Assembly (NCBI RefSeq): GCF_003704095.1
Contig: NW_020845049.1
Span: forward strand, 62,001 to 125,910
Length of the DNA: 63,910 bases
Reading direction: 5' to 3'
Source of the DNA: Pocillopora damicornis
Lineage: Eukaryota
Below the pieces are notes generated by a model. It saw only the letters and a program-made list of their open reading frames with translations. It ran no database searches and was not told the origin of the DNA. Every line of letters begins with the position of its first letter. Positions within the stretch are counted from its first letter, which is position 1. Shown here piece after piece: positions 1 to 26,901 of this stretch. A program made the translations under genes and the position numbers.

Positions 1-3000
1 CTTGCGCCAGCCAGTCTTGACGTGCAATTTAATTTCCCAGCGCTCCGCCAAAGAATTGGAAAGTGGAAGTAAATCGAGAGTGATGCATTAAGCTGTACGA
101 AAAAGCGAAGTCATAAATTTTAAAATTTATTAATTATTGTGCGGAAAAAGCGCCGCGGTGTCTCGCCTTCTCCGAGCTTTGCATTTTATCTAATAACGTT
201 CTGTCCATTCGTGTTAGATCTTCGAAATTGAGCGATTTTGTTTAACAAATTAGTTTGGCAGCTTGAGTGAGCAAATGGCAAAGAGTTTTTTTCTTAATCT
301 AAATAACTCGTTGGAGAAAGCTGGTAGTGGCTTATGGAGCCGAAGAAAACTACTGCTTTCTTATGATAGGCTTTATTGGGATTTTATCGCCACAAAAACC
401 GGCTTAAAGCTGCTTGTTCTTTTGGTGATGTTTTTTTTCCTTCGCCGACGCAGTGAAATGAAATGGAAAGCAACAGAAACCTTAGTGTGCGCGAAATTAA
501 TCATTATCAAATAGTGTGTTATCGAATCGATGCACTTCACAAAGGGTACCGATATTTACTCGTTTTTGCCTTTCTTCCGATGGATTAAAATAGCAAAAAA
601 ATTAATGAAATGTTAGGAAAAATTTCAGACTTCAATGATGCTTAATTGCGAGGTTTTTCTGACATTCGGCTAAAATTAAGAAGTTAGTTTTCCGAAAATT
701 TTAGGGTTGAAATATTGTCGGCATGCTTATAGAATCCTTACTAAGATTAGTCACTAATTTTACCATAAATTTTTTGATGTGGCGTTCGTTTCCCAAGTGC
801 TTCCTTTCGGCAGAACTCTCTTGGTCCAGGGCCGCTTGATTGTCTTCCTTCGCTAAACAAACAGTGCAAAGTTTCTCAAGAAATTGTCTGTTTTGAATGC
901 ATTTTGCGGTTTCAAGCTACATGATGTCAACTTTTCGCCAGGCTGCGCGCACGAAACTTATGTTAAACTGAAATATCTTTTGTTCGGTGTTCTTGCTTGT
1001 TATTTTTAAAATGGGTGGTAAAAACTATTCAGTGGAGCCTATGAAATTTTAATGACCTCAGTTATCTTATGAATGGCGTTTTACTTTTGTAAAAGAGAAG
1101 CAATTTTCTCCAACCCGAAGCGGGCTGTTTTAATAAGCACTCGCTTTGTGCTGTGTTTCATTTATCTTGCCGGTTCCCCTTAGCCAGACTGATGCTTTTC
1201 TACTCTCGCACGATGTTCTTTAGAATTCTTTGAGACATTTTCACACTTTAAGTACCCGTAAGCTTTCTGAGGATACTCGACGATACAACAGCGCTTAACG
1301 ACTCTTTGAGATGTTGTTTCATCTAAGCCATATCTAAGTGATCGCTGTGTTGTTGCTTTAGTAAAAATGATGAAAACAGAAAGCCCATCACTTAGGAAAA
1401 GAAAACAAAGACGTAAGGTTTTTCTTGTGATTAAGCGAACTCATAATTTTCGCACAAATTGGTAACATTTTGTTGACGTAAACCTTTAGATGTATTGTGT
1501 TATAACTCACGCTTTTTGTCCTTCTCTCGCTATTTGAATCTCAGATCTCAGATATTTCTTTTACATACTTTTTGATATTTGTTTACCGTCAGCACTTAGC
1601 GTAAATTTTCCACTGATCACGGTTTCTTTTGAAACACTATCCTCAAATGTGACGAATCCGTTTTTTGCAGCACCTATTTCCTAAGTCAATGTTTTGATAC
1701 GGGTGTAAGGAAATTAGAAGTTGGCCTTTATTGGGCATCGTACGAACAAAACAACCCCAATTTTGTTCACCACCAGTACTTAGACATGTACGACCAGTGT
1801 CACCTCATTTAACGATTGGTTGTATTTAACTCGGTTCGAAGCGCACGTAATATAGTTCAATTTAGCCATTTTATTTTACTAATTTCTAAACTGCTATCAC
1901 TTTATTTTTCACGCTTTTACTAGTTTTAAAACTGTGAACGAGAGCGGCAAAAACTTGTCCAATCATACATTACAAGCTATTAAGTTTAGCTAGGGACTCG
2001 ACCATTCATCTCTGAGTCAAGACTTAAATATTGAAACTAAAATTCAGGTGTTACACCTGGTCTTTTCCACCTCGCCCCGTGGCACCAGCTTAAAAGACGT
2101 TTGACGCAATCCATCAATCCTTGATGGCTAATTGAAGGATTAATAAAAGGAAAACGTCAATGTGTTGCTTTTACGCCGCACAGTGATCTGAACTCAGAGG
2201 AAAACATGCCCGTTGTCCATAGTTCTTTGGTTATCTAGATATTTCGCTATAAGAATTTCAGTTTCATATTGAATGTTAAGAGAAGCTGAACTTATTCCTT
2301 GCCAAAAACGGCACGAACGTGACTCTGCATTCTGAGGTTAATTTCGGAGGGCGTAGCTGAACAATATAGCACAACCGCAACCACAACATAAACTTCCGCA
2401 ATGTGGTGCGAAAAGGAAGCACTTGAACACGTATCAGAAGTTTCGTGACCCGGTGTACATTATTAGGGCTCTGTATGAAAGAAAAAATATTTTCCCTAAT
2501 ACCTTATTGCGGTTAAAAATGTCTGAGTGTCTCACGTTATCTTCGCGGAAACGAGGATCGGAAGCCGGAGAAAGTTGCATCGCGGAATCGGAAAACTGAC
2601 AGAAGTCTAGGAAACTACTGTCTCGGAAAAGGAATGCTTCTTACCGCGATACCGTTAAGTAAGAAAGAGAAGAAACACTTTTGTTGAAAAAGAAAATATA
2701 TACATTTCTAAAACTACGTCTAATACTTATAATCCTTTTTCTTTGAGTATCAGAACAGGAGAGCAACTTTAATTTTGTGCAAAAAAATGTTTCGCTTTGT
2801 CACACGGGTCTCGTGTGAATTCCCAATTACATTTCCAACAGTCAATGAGTATTCGCCGATTAGCGGCGCAACGACTAATGTTTCACAAAATTTAGACCAT
2901 TTAATATATAGTCTATTCAAACGTCAGCTGTAGTTGCGTATGAAATGTCATATCGACAATAACTGTTTTTCCTTGATTACTTTCTGCGAGGCATGGATCC

Positions 3001-3679
3001 TTAGCATTAAGTGAGATGGTGAAAGTTATGACAGAGAAGAGAGAGCTAGCCTTATTTGGCGAATATGTGACAAAAGGAGACTGTGTAACTCAAAAAAAAG
3101 CCTTCCTTCTTTTGGTTACCTTGTGCGTCAGGTGTTAATCTTTTCTTTACTGCCTGGTTCCCAGATGTCTCTTTGTTCTCCGCCTTGAGCTCGTCTCTAG
3201 TCCCTCGCGTGTCCTGCCCGATTATCGAGTCGCTCACCAGAGTTTTTGCGAAGCTACTTAGAAGAAGATGTGCGTTTTGTATTTGTGTTTGGCGTCAATT
3301 CCTAATGAGGGCCGCACATAGTCCAAACGAGACATTTTGAAAGCAGCCGTGAGTAATTAACAGTGTTGTCACTCGTTTTTCTGTTACATAATGAAGATAT
3401 TCAGCCGATATTTTGTGAAAAGATTTTCACTAATTTATAGTTTAAATGTTAAAAATTTACAGTTTACAGCTCAGTAGGTGAAAATGTGCCAACTGAACAC
3501 CTTTTTTCCTAGATAGGATTTAAGAACTATAGACTGAGACAACTGCTGTAAAATTCCACAATCATCAATCGTTTGTAAATTAGCATAGAAATATCATATT
3601 GCGCTGTGTTTCGGAGCCAAGGACATCTATTCAGTCTATTTAGTTCAGTCTTCGCCGGTGACCAAGGGAAACTAAGCCT

Positions 3680-3860
3680 ACCTCTTGTTCCTCTAGACTT
3701 CTCTGATACGTTTGACACCATCCTACTTAGATGTCTGCTCTATAAGCTTGATAGATCTGGTATCGTTGGCTCTCTTCTTAGTGAAATGGAACTTCTTAAC
3801 TGACCGGTTTGCAACGAGTCGTTTTGTGGGGCTATTATTCGTCATGGTTACGGGTGAATT
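3680..3860 (+). mobile_element. Degenerate non-LTR retrotransposon (CR1/L2-like) reverse-transcriptase fragment
   Basis: Translation LDFSDTFDTI..LLYKLDRSGIVGSLL resembles the LINE RT motif LDFSKAFD..H..LL.KL...GI.G.LL. The frame is broken by a stop at 3801-3803. Confidence 0.6.
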
Positions 3861-6004
3861 CACAGAATGATCTTAAACGTGGCAGTTTAAGTTGAGTTCG
3901 GAACAATGTGAAACTCTGCGAATGGGTCAGTGGAGAGCAGAACGGTTGCTACAAATGGTGAAGCACTGAAGAACTTAAAACGAAACGAACTGGATCATCC
4001 ACAAGGACAAGTTGCGATTGAGAATGTTTCTCTATAACTGCTGCAAACTTTTGTAAAAATTGCCCGCGATTTACTAACCTGACAAAGGGGAATCCGTCAG
4101 GCCCGCAACACCAAACATAGTCCTAAGAGATTTCATAATGTATTCTAATTTTACGATATTTTTTCTTATCCGTAGAAAAATACAATACCAGATCTTACAC
4201 AATTTGTGGAGATCCTTTCAGCTTGTAGTTGTTTCCTCTTCGGGAGTTATTTCATACAGGGCCCACTCTAAAACTCCTCTTTCAGGCGTTCTTTGCATCG
4301 TTTCTCTAAAGTTTGCCGGCTAGGCGTTATGAATAAAATCTCTGTTAATGAATGTATGTATTTGGGTACGTATAGTTTGCACTTTCTCTTTGGACTCCTT
4401 TAAACGCATACATTTAACCGGTGCTTATCCAGTGATTATATCGCAGTCTTTATTTTTTATAGATAAACATCTTCCATAGACTCATCTCGGCGAATTTCAT
4501 ATTTTCCGTCGTTGATATTTGTCATTTTATTCCCCAATTTTAATGGGTTGATTATAGGCAAGGCAGAATAAAAGCTTTTAGCTGATAACAGCCAGCGGCA
4601 CGGAAGGCGCAAACTTTGAGGCGCCTTTGCGCGCAACGCGAACATTAAGAAATGAAAGTAAACTGTGGTAGTAATTAATAGATAAGACAATTGGCAAAGA
4701 CAGTACAAATACAAGCCGCACTTTTCCCGTCAGTAGGTCTGCGACTGAGAAAGACCGCCACGGGGTCCTAAGAGATGACTTTACATTGCCCACGCTCTAA
4801 TTTGTCTGGACGTGAGCCGGTAAACTGGGACAAGTGCACGAATTTGAGGCTAGTAGATATTTCTCTACTGCTGTTTTTACGAGTTCCCTTCTCAGAAGTA
4901 AAACGCTTTCCCAGTTAGGATATAATGAAAAAGAGGAAAAGCCACATTCATCAAGTCAACCAGTATATCCAAGTCAAGAGAAAACTTCCCATGCTTTCTT
5001 ATAGGTTTACCACCAAGCCTCGTTTTGATGTACTCGACCCAGTCTCTCTGCCCGTGTCTACTCATGTGGAACGTAGACCACTGCTTTCTATTTTAACACG
5101 AGCGTAGGTCCTGCTTTAAACAATATTTTCCGAGAATGGCATGGTGGCGAAGGATAGGGAGAATCGTCCCATCTTTCGTGACCTTTTTTTGACATACCAC
5201 GAGAACTCTTGGGTAAATCAAAAGAGCTTCACTGCTTTATTAAGTGAATTCCTTTACACGATGATGAATCAAATTATCTAGAATCTCTAACCGAACATTT
5301 CTATATTTCCAATACCTTAAGCATGTCTTTCGCAAACCCCTTCCAAAATGCTCAAGACCTGAGAATCTATATCCTGGTTCCACGTCGGAAAAACTCGTTT
5401 GTATCACAGTTAGCATTTGACGACGCAATATTGTTTCTTTTAGTAGAGCACTTCATAGGAGACGTTCGAAGTGTCCCCAGCTGCCGCTGAACTGTTTCGT
5501 TCTCCACAGTCTCCGTCATGTTGTTTCTTGTTATGTGGTATTTGGTATCCAAACGACAAAGCCATTCTGATTTTAAACAAAACAGGTTGAGTATTTGGAT
5601 TAAACACTCACTCAATCTAGATAGGAAACAGTAGAGTGAAATTTTCAAAAGCTTCGGGAGCTGTGGAATTTGTCTTTTTAAGGATCCATGTTGCCTATGG
5701 GGGCCTATTCTGTCGGTGACGAAACACTCAGATTTTGAACAAAAAATTGTCGAATTAAAAGCAAACGTTTCAAAATGTTCCCATGATTTCAGATTTAAGA
5801 GTTATGAGGTCAGTTTGGATAAAAGCGGATCATTGCAAAATTATTACAGACAAGTCTCTGACAAAAGTGACTCATATCTAGGAACTGACAATGGCAAGGG
5901 TACAAACTTCTCGCAGATAAGAACGCTCAATGATTAGATTAGGACTTAAGATGAGAACAATTTTCTCAGGTGAACGGATTTATTACGTAAAAAGTGACAT
6001 AGCT

Positions 6005-11391
<5,387 letters not shown>

Positions 11392-13037
11392 TGCAAACAC
11401 AGCGATTACATAAGTCGAATTTAAATTCACTTCCTCGCCATATTCCGGATGTTTATGTTTTCTTTTCTAAGCAGGCTCAGCATAAACCTGTTTGTCAGCG
11501 GTTTGTTATTCGCTTGAATAATTTATAAAGTACGCAAGTGGACAGATGAACTATGGGCGTGGACGGATGCGCGTGTTCGGGTTTGGACAAAATGAGGAGG
11601 AAAGTAGCGTTCTGAGAAATGTATAACAGCTTAGTAGGGCGAGCAGAATTTCTTAAGAAGTGAATACGAAAGAGTGAACGACGAAACGTCAATTTACTGA
11701 TGCGTAAATATTTTGTGTGGCCATAATTAGAAAGTGTTACGAAACATTTATGACTTAATTACTAAATACCTTAAACTTTTAATCAGTGACTCGAGCTTGA
11801 TTGAAGATTTCACATTTTTACTCCTTCATTCGTCACGGAACTAATGCTCTTAGCACTTGCACTTTACAGTCTAAGTTCATATGTATTTAGCAACTACCAA
11901 AAGTTTCTTCATTTGCCTTTTACGAGATGGAACGAGGGCCAACCCTTAAGTGACTCGTGCAAAGGCGACATCTGAAGGATCAACCTTCCCAGGAAATAAG
12001 CGTCTGCTGTCTTCCATATTCACACACACACACACACACAAATGGGAGAAGTGGTTAAATCTATTTTTCAGTAAATTTATTAATTGTTCATCTCAAAATA
12101 TGACCTAAGAAATACTGATATTTCAATTCAATGTTATTCAGGTGAGATCCTTAATCTACAGGTAACTTAACATGTAATAAAATTATCACTTTGTTGCATT
12201 GTTGACATGAAGTGGTGTATGCTATTAAAAAATAATTAAAGCTCGAACCATAACATAAACAATCCAAGGAAGTAAACTTTTCTTAGAATGAGCTTTCTAA
12301 TTCACTTCTTGATTTGTAATCTTTAAGCGTGTTTTTTTTTTTTTAATAAATTGCAATTTTACTATGTTTTACATCCCTTGTGCATAATCTTTGAAATATT
12401 ACTTACTCAAGAGTGCATTCCCCTATTGTAATTGTTTCTTCCCACATTAACTATTAACAACAAAAATAGTTAATCATTAGTAGCACTAAAATTTAACCCA
12501 ATTAATACCCTCAAATATAATACTAAGTTCATTTACCACATAGTCGGTCTTTCATCAAGGGATCCAGATACCTTTACCTCTGTTAAAATTTCTACTTTTG
12601 CTGATTTCTTGTTATCAGCAGAATTTTGTTCTCTCTCATTTTACTTTACAACTCTTTAAACCCTGGAGCGTTGCAATGTATGTCACAGTGGAGAGAAGTG
12701 GGTGACTGGGCAAAAAAATTACCAGTAAGGTTGGTGAGATCTCAGTAAAAAATATCAAGTCCCCAAAATCTGGACTAGCCCACCCTCTAGTTTGAAAGAT
12801 AGAAACAAAATGTGTTCAAAAGAGAGAGAATAACATATTGTGAACTGAAGGTTTAGACAAAAGAGAGTAGCACAGGAGAAATATAATAACAGTATTGTTT
12901 GGCACTTATATAGTTACTCATAGAAAACCTTTTCTGAATCTAGCATTTCCTTCCAGGTTTTTTTTTTTTTTCATTGGACAATGCGCACATGGTATTTCCA
13001 TGGAATTAAGAGTGGCTAATCTAGGTCTGTACTTTAA

Positions 13038-13451
13038 CTCTTTAACTACCTAGATCTGATCATTAATTCTCCCCTCTAGCTGCTACACATTTCAATGTAA
13101 ATTTGTTACATGAAGTTGGTGTTGGATGAGGATGAGGATGACGATAGTCCATTTTTTAGTCGCCAAGCCTTTGAACAAGAGTGAGGTTAAGGTTGACCTT
13201 GTTATGATAAAAACCTTGCTGCTTTTCAAATGCAAATTTCTTTGTTATCATGCTAACTAGATATTGGTCTCCATCACAACAAGATCACCTTCAGCCTCAC
13301 TCCAAATCAAAGGCTTGGCAACTAACTACACAACTGTAAATTGGCCTATTTTAACCTGATAAGTTTGAGCATTCTCACTACCTGTTTGCTGTATTATGTA
13401 GGGATATTGTAAGGAGAAGTTATATGTCAATCACGTCATAGAGTTAAAGGG
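13038..13451. mobile_element. piggyBac-like MITE carrying a nested second MITE (~13145-13349)
   Basis: TTAA-C(T)CTTTAAC ... GTTAAAGGG-TTAA termini with TTAA target duplication. The internal insert has atagtccatt...aattggcctat inverted ends. Confidence 0.65.
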
Positions 13452-16400
13452 TTAAGGACTCTCAAAGCCAGAGTCAGCCACTGTAATATTTCCAGATGGA
13501 CTGCTTGATGGACTACGTGCATTATGAAATTTCTTTATCAGTTCCATGTTGAACAAAGAATAATTTTCCTCCTGTGCACTGTTACTTTCCCTCCTTCTTG
13601 CCCTGGATAGCTGATAGGGAGAATCATCTGAGGAACTGCCAGAGGAAAAGAACATTGAGATAAGTTAAGTTTTCATGAAATACATAATATGATGGCCATC
13701 TTCTGGGACTTACTGAATACTTACAAGAAAAATGGTGTTGTCTTGCCTTGGGACATGAATTTAACTTAGAGCAAATATGTAAACCCAATTATTTGACTTA
13801 TTTGACTTTTCTTGGGCATAATTATACCACGGTTACTTAGAATACATCATGTTAACTCTGTATTACCAAAAGAGAAAAAAGTCAGAATGTGAAGATGGAT
13901 AATAAAAAGTAAAAAAAATTATTCTGATCTAGGTCAAAGAGGAAAGAATAGAGACAATGAAATTGTCGGTTCTTGTTTCCAGTGGTGAAATATCAGTTCT
14001 GCAGTTTTGTTGACAGTTCTTGCCCAACCTACCTTCTTGTAGCTTTTAAGCTATCTCTGGCAGCTGCAATATCCTTCTGCTCTATCACTGAAGTTTTCAT
14101 TGACTGTATACTTGCATTGTTACTGTAGAAATAAATTGAAAGGTAAACTGCAAGTAATGACTGAAGGTAGCCCACAAATTCAGGTTAATAACTTCCCAGT
14201 ATGAAATCATCAAGGGTAATTAAAAAGGAACTGACATGAGAACAGTCAAGTTCATTCAGTTTTACTAGTAATATATAGCCACCTAAGACTTAACTAAGCT
14301 AAGAATTTACCCCAGACACACCCATAACAAGTCTCTCCTCAAGGAACAATTAACATCTTTCAAAGAGAAACTAAAAAATTAAATTTTAAAACAGCAAGAA
14401 CACAAAAAGTTCATGAAACTGCCAATGCAAGCGCTTCAATCTTCCTCAAATTTTGTGCAAATATGCAGTTTGTTATCATTTTCAAAGATGGTTTATGTTT
14501 CTTTAATTCCCTCAGTTGGATTGGAATTTGGTGGTGGCTGCATTTATGCATGCAGCTAAAAGAAAAAAACCTTCCATCTTTCTTATTCTATTTATAAAAC
14601 ATGATGCAATCTACATTACGGATCCTAGCTGTATATAGAACACATGTCATATTCACTTTGTAATGGGTATTGCTCACCAGAGTCTCTAAGGCTCGGTGGT
14701 AGAGCATCGAAACGCAGAATCCAAAAGGCCTGAGGTTCCATTCCTCACAGGGACTCAGAATTTTTTTCTTTTTCCCACGCTCATGACAAGATGAAAAACA
14801 TCTTTCTCTATTTCTTTACCTTACTTAAAACTCACTATCTCTCTAATTCTATTTATGTTTAAAGTGTAAATCATAATCCCTAAATCTGTCAAGATTTGAT
14901 CAATGGGATACTTATCTTGAATTACTAAATCTAAAATTATTTTAAATTAGCACACTGAGTGATGATAACTCCTAGGTAGCCTAGTTAAAACCTAAACTTG
15001 ATTTACTGGTATGCCTCCCAAATGTAAGATAAATCTCATGTTCATAACATTAGACCCACTAGTTATTTGTAGACTTTTAACTACTTATAAATTCCCTTAC
15101 CTATGCATATAATATGATATACAGTGTTGGATTAAAAAAAAAAACACTGAGTTTATTCCTAAATGCAAAAATAAGCTTTATGAAGTGGAGTGCATATAGT
15201 GCACTAGGGCATAGCTAGGGGAGAAGTCCTGGGGTACCTGTGACCCTTTCCCCACTTTGTAAGCCTTTTTTTATGCAAAACATCCTCAATATTCAGGTGG
15301 TGAAAACTGGCAAATACCCTCTGTTTGACACAGTGACCCTCCTTTGAAAATTATGGTTATGCTTACTGATGCAGGTTTCAGTCAAAGTGCACATACTTGA
15401 CATTATTTTCTTTCAATTCTGATGACGCAGGCTTGGTCTGCTCAGAGGCTTTGTCCCGCAGTTTTCTCCTTGGTGAGACATTCCTTATTGCCTGCAACAG
15501 TCTTCTTTCATGACTAAAAGTTCCCGAAGGTGTTTCAGGGAAATCTGATTGTTTTACCCTGTGGAGAGATTATCATGTGAAAAAGAAATTTATAAACTTG
15601 AGTCTGGTATAAAGCTCACCATTCTACTTTATTATTTTCTTTGATCTTCATTTTACTCATTGTATTGATAAATATCATATCCTTTACCGGTTATAAGAAG
15701 TCTGTTATATTTAACTTGAAATTCTTTGTCCTTTGCTCTGTCACTGTAACTCTCTCCACAAAAACTGAATCAAATTAATTTATTAATTATGGAAGTGACT
15801 AATGCGTAGACCCTTCTTGCATTGTCAACATTGTGCAATTCTGTAAACAGATGCGGAGAATGGATAAACTTAGCAATAAAAGGTGATATCTTGATGCAAA
15901 TTCAAATTCTCCAGGCAAATTTTCAAAAAAAAAAATTAAGCTGGTAGAAAGGAGATGTTCTGATCAGATTTAATTACTTATTAAATTACCTGACAGGAAT
16001 GTTTAGAGTCACTGGAGAAATAAACTCTTGTGAAGTTGTAGACTACAAATAAAAATACACAAATTATTCAGTTTTTTTGTCTTACTGGTTGTAAAAAAAT
16101 AAGAAGAGAACCCAGAGTTTATCCCTTAAAAAAATACAATAAATATAATCTGACAATCTGAGTTTGTAAATGGAAGACCTGGAAAGTCACAGAACTCTAC
16201 AAATAACAATATCAGTTTCAAGGCATGGGAAGTCATGGAAACTTATGATGCACCAACAAATATATATATATTTATTACATGACTGCTTCCACATTTATTT
16301 TGGGAACAACACTTTGACTGTAGGTCATGGAAACATCATGAACATCCAGGTTTTGTGTTTTATGGTTTTGAAAGAGCATAAGAGTTAGAAGATTCTTTGT

Positions 16401-17420
16401 TATATCTTTCATTACTGAGAAAAGCAAAATGTAAAATACTTTTTGCCTTACCATGTTAATGATAGGAGGAGGTGGTGGTGGTGGAGGGGGTGGAGGTGCA
16501 CTTGGTGCTGGTCTTCTTGGGGTGCTTGAGGCTAAAGGATCTTTGAGTTTTCTTTTTTCTGCCAGCCTTCTAGAGAACCTGACACCTGTTTTCTTGCCAT
16601 CTTAACAAAGGGTAAAGAAATTTTGCTCATGATTTATATGTAAATAGAGGGAACCATGGCTGAGAGAATCGTGCAGGAAACTGTACATGAAATTGTAAAA
16701 TCGATGAATCAATAAATTAATGATTCGTTATTCAAATAACTATACTGGATCCTATATTTTTATCATCACATGACTTGGTAATAAGTCATAGCTAAATATT
16801 GTAGCACCATCGTCATTGTTATTATCATCATATTTACTGTATCTACTTAGCTTTTACTTCTACAAACAAACGATCAAGCGATCTTATTCATTCAATTATT
16901 TAAAAATTAATTCAAATATTATTCATTCATTTAATCAGTCATCTAATCAAAGACCTTTTACTTACTATACACGTAAAGTAAATAAAATTAGATCAATTAA
17001 TGAACCCTTTGGTTCTCATAGTGACGCTTTTGATGCCATAAAATTTAATACTTATTGACTTTCATGAGCAATAATTGACGAACCTTGAGCATAGTCATAA
17101 GCGGAAGCCATTTCATGCTTTAAATTTTCGAGGTCTTCCTGACACTGTTCAGGGGGAAAGTATTTCTCCAAGTAACCATCTTGCAGTTTGTTCATCACCT
17201 TTACTTTCATGAACTGCAGCAACTTTAGATTGTCAGCTTTCTTTCGTCGCACGATCTTATAATATTCGTCCGGGTTTGAATCAAGATGATTCATCAATTC
17301 TTGCAGTGCAGCCCGCGTAGTTTTTGCTGAGTGCTGATCATATTCTTCAAGTGGAATTTTTTGGCAAAATACTACTGGTAAAGGAGATGGCTGATCGAAT
17401 TCCTCAAGAATCTCGGCCAT
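13452..17420 (-). CDS. Proline-rich protein, PRR11-like, multi-exon
   Basis: Exons 17084-17420 (MAEILEEFDQ...), 16452-16600 (PAPSAPPPPPPPPPP), ~15990-16042, ~15396-15559, ~14033-14123 (VIEQKDIAAARDSLKAT) and 13452-~13635 (LIKKFHNARSP...FESP*) join in consistent phase. The polyproline tract and C-terminal L.KKF..A.SP resemble PRR11. The gene model is solid; the family assignment is tentative. Confidence 0.6.
14575..14855 (+). mobile_element. tRNA-derived SINE
   Basis: A-box-like ggctcggtggtagagc (~14690) and B-box-like gaggttccattcc (~14732), followed by a non-tRNA body. No intact cloverleaf. Confidence 0.6.
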
Positions 17421-17667
17421 TGGAATAAAAAGAACAATTTGTAAACTACCAACGAATTTTACGATCCGCGTGTTTTGATTTCGAATAATTGCGCTCCTAA
17501 CCTCGCTTCCATGCAAGTCTAACACGCAATGTTGTCTCGGTACGAACCAATCAAAACTCAGATATTTATGTTCAGACGGTACTATATGTATGCGGAAAAC
17601 TTCAGAACGTATCCTTCTTCTTGTATGAGAAATAAGATATATCACCGTCTGGGAAGAGAATTCTAAG
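17421..17667. promoter_or_regulatory. Putative bidirectional promoter between the PRR11-like gene and MAPKAPK5
   Basis: Divergent ATGs at 17420 (-) and 17668 (+) are only 247 bp apart. Confidence 0.6.
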
Positions 17668-25404
<7,737 letters not shown>

Positions 25405-26522
25405 CGTGTTGGAGAAACTGCTCTCAGAGTATATATAACATCACGTATTCAGCTACTAATGAAGTCTTTGTGAAGGCGTTGAAGGATTTTCCGTTTTGGA
25501 CCGTTGCCGAGAGCGAATTCGACTCTCTACACACAAAGCGGCAAAGTGAGATGATCCAATCAGAACCAACAGAAGAGCGTAGAATGCTTTTGGCATGAGT
25601 GGGTGGATATATACACGGCCTTCGAATGGGCGCGAAAATTCGCGCGCAAAATCAAGATCCGTTTCGTTTTTGCCAGTGCGCATGATTGGTTGAGCCTTTT
25701 CTGGTCGAACCAGTGGCTCAAATACATCGCCACATAAATTTATAGCTTTGAAAATTTACGAACAATTTAAAGAATTTTGCCTTATTACGTTATGTTTTAC
25801 ATGAAAATTCTTCTTTAATTCAGTCTAGTAGTTGGTTAGGGATAACAGATTCTCCTTACAATTTAAGGTTACTTTCTTCACATAACACAATATTCTTAGA
25901 ACCAGCCAGATGAGAGAAGTGCGGTCATCAGTTGAGAGTGAAATTATTAATTATTGGATTAGCGTCTTCAATTAATTTCCATGTGATTCTTTGTGATCAC
26001 TTAGATGGTTTGGTCTGAAGAAATGAATTCCCACGCTTTGATTTGCACTGCACTTGAGGGATCGGATGTTAGCTCTTCAGAATTAGAAAGGTAGGCAGAC
26101 GTGTTGATAGCTAGATTCCAGCTGTAACGAGGTGTGTATTAAGCTAGACAAGGAAAGCAAGGGAAAAGGTGTCGCACACATCGCTCTTGCGATGGGAAAG
26201 ATCACTCTTAACAGTTTTATTCTTTGAACTCTAGAAAAGCCAAACTTTTACCGGCCCTTCGTGATATTTTTCAGACAGTGGCATCGTTTTTATAGCATCA
26301 ATGCCGGCTTCTTCCGGGTGATTCCTATCATATCTTCGTTGAATGATAATGAGTATATTTATCAGACAAAGAATTTCTGTATACGTTATATATATGTATA
26401 CTAAAATTATTTTTATCTTCCGAGAAAATTGGAATAGGAAATACCAAAATAAAGCGCTAATATATTTTGATGAGGTTGAAGTTTAAGACAAGCTCTCCCG
26501 TCGTTCTAGAAGTCACGGTTCT

Positions 26523-26738
26523 TTAACCCTCTTGAGAGTGGCTGGCTTCAAAGCTAATTTCTCCTGACAGTTTCACCCTTGAATCAAATATAAAGGTCAT
26601 GAGAAGAGAGGATATGATCAACGAGATTGCTCCAGATTGTGAAAAAAAATTCTCTTTTTCATCATCTTAGGAAATGCATATAGATAACAGTAAAGAGGAA
26701 ATGTATACTAATTCTAGTTCAGGGTGTAAGGGGGTAAA

Positions 26739-26769
<31 letters not shown>

Positions 26770-26901
26770 AGAGAGTATAGCAGGTAATTTAGTGTTAACA
26801 ACTGGGTTGAAAACGTAAATTAGCCACCGTAAAGGGTAAAAAAGCTGGCGTTTCGAGCGTTAGCCCTTCGTCAGAGCGATTGGATCAGGGTGTAAAGGGT
26901 T
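26523..26901. mobile_element. piggyBac-like MITE interrupted by a Penelope-like terminal fragment (~26730-26884)
   Basis: MITE body (ctaatttctcc...cacccttgaatcaaa). The insert is flanked by a duplicated tcagggtgtaa. Confidence 0.6.
26843..26879 (-). ncRNA. Minimal hammerhead ribozyme motif (Penelope type), probably cleavage-impaired
   Basis: The minus strand reads tcgctCTGACGAagggc-taac-gctcGAAAcgccagct. The CUGANGA and GAAA boxes and stem II are present, but the cleavage triplet is GCC rather than the GTC seen in sister copies. Confidence 0.55.

Noticed and set aside
4880-5650. Possible decayed coding sequence on the minus strand
   Set aside because: Multiple stops and no recognisable family motif.
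14685-14760. tRNA gene
   Set aside because: A/B boxes are present, but there is no proper cloverleaf and a SINE body follows.
17421-17645. N-terminal 75 aa of the 197-aa ORF 17052-17645
   Set aside because: It has a non-ATG start and spans the presumed promoter. The first ATG is at 17420.
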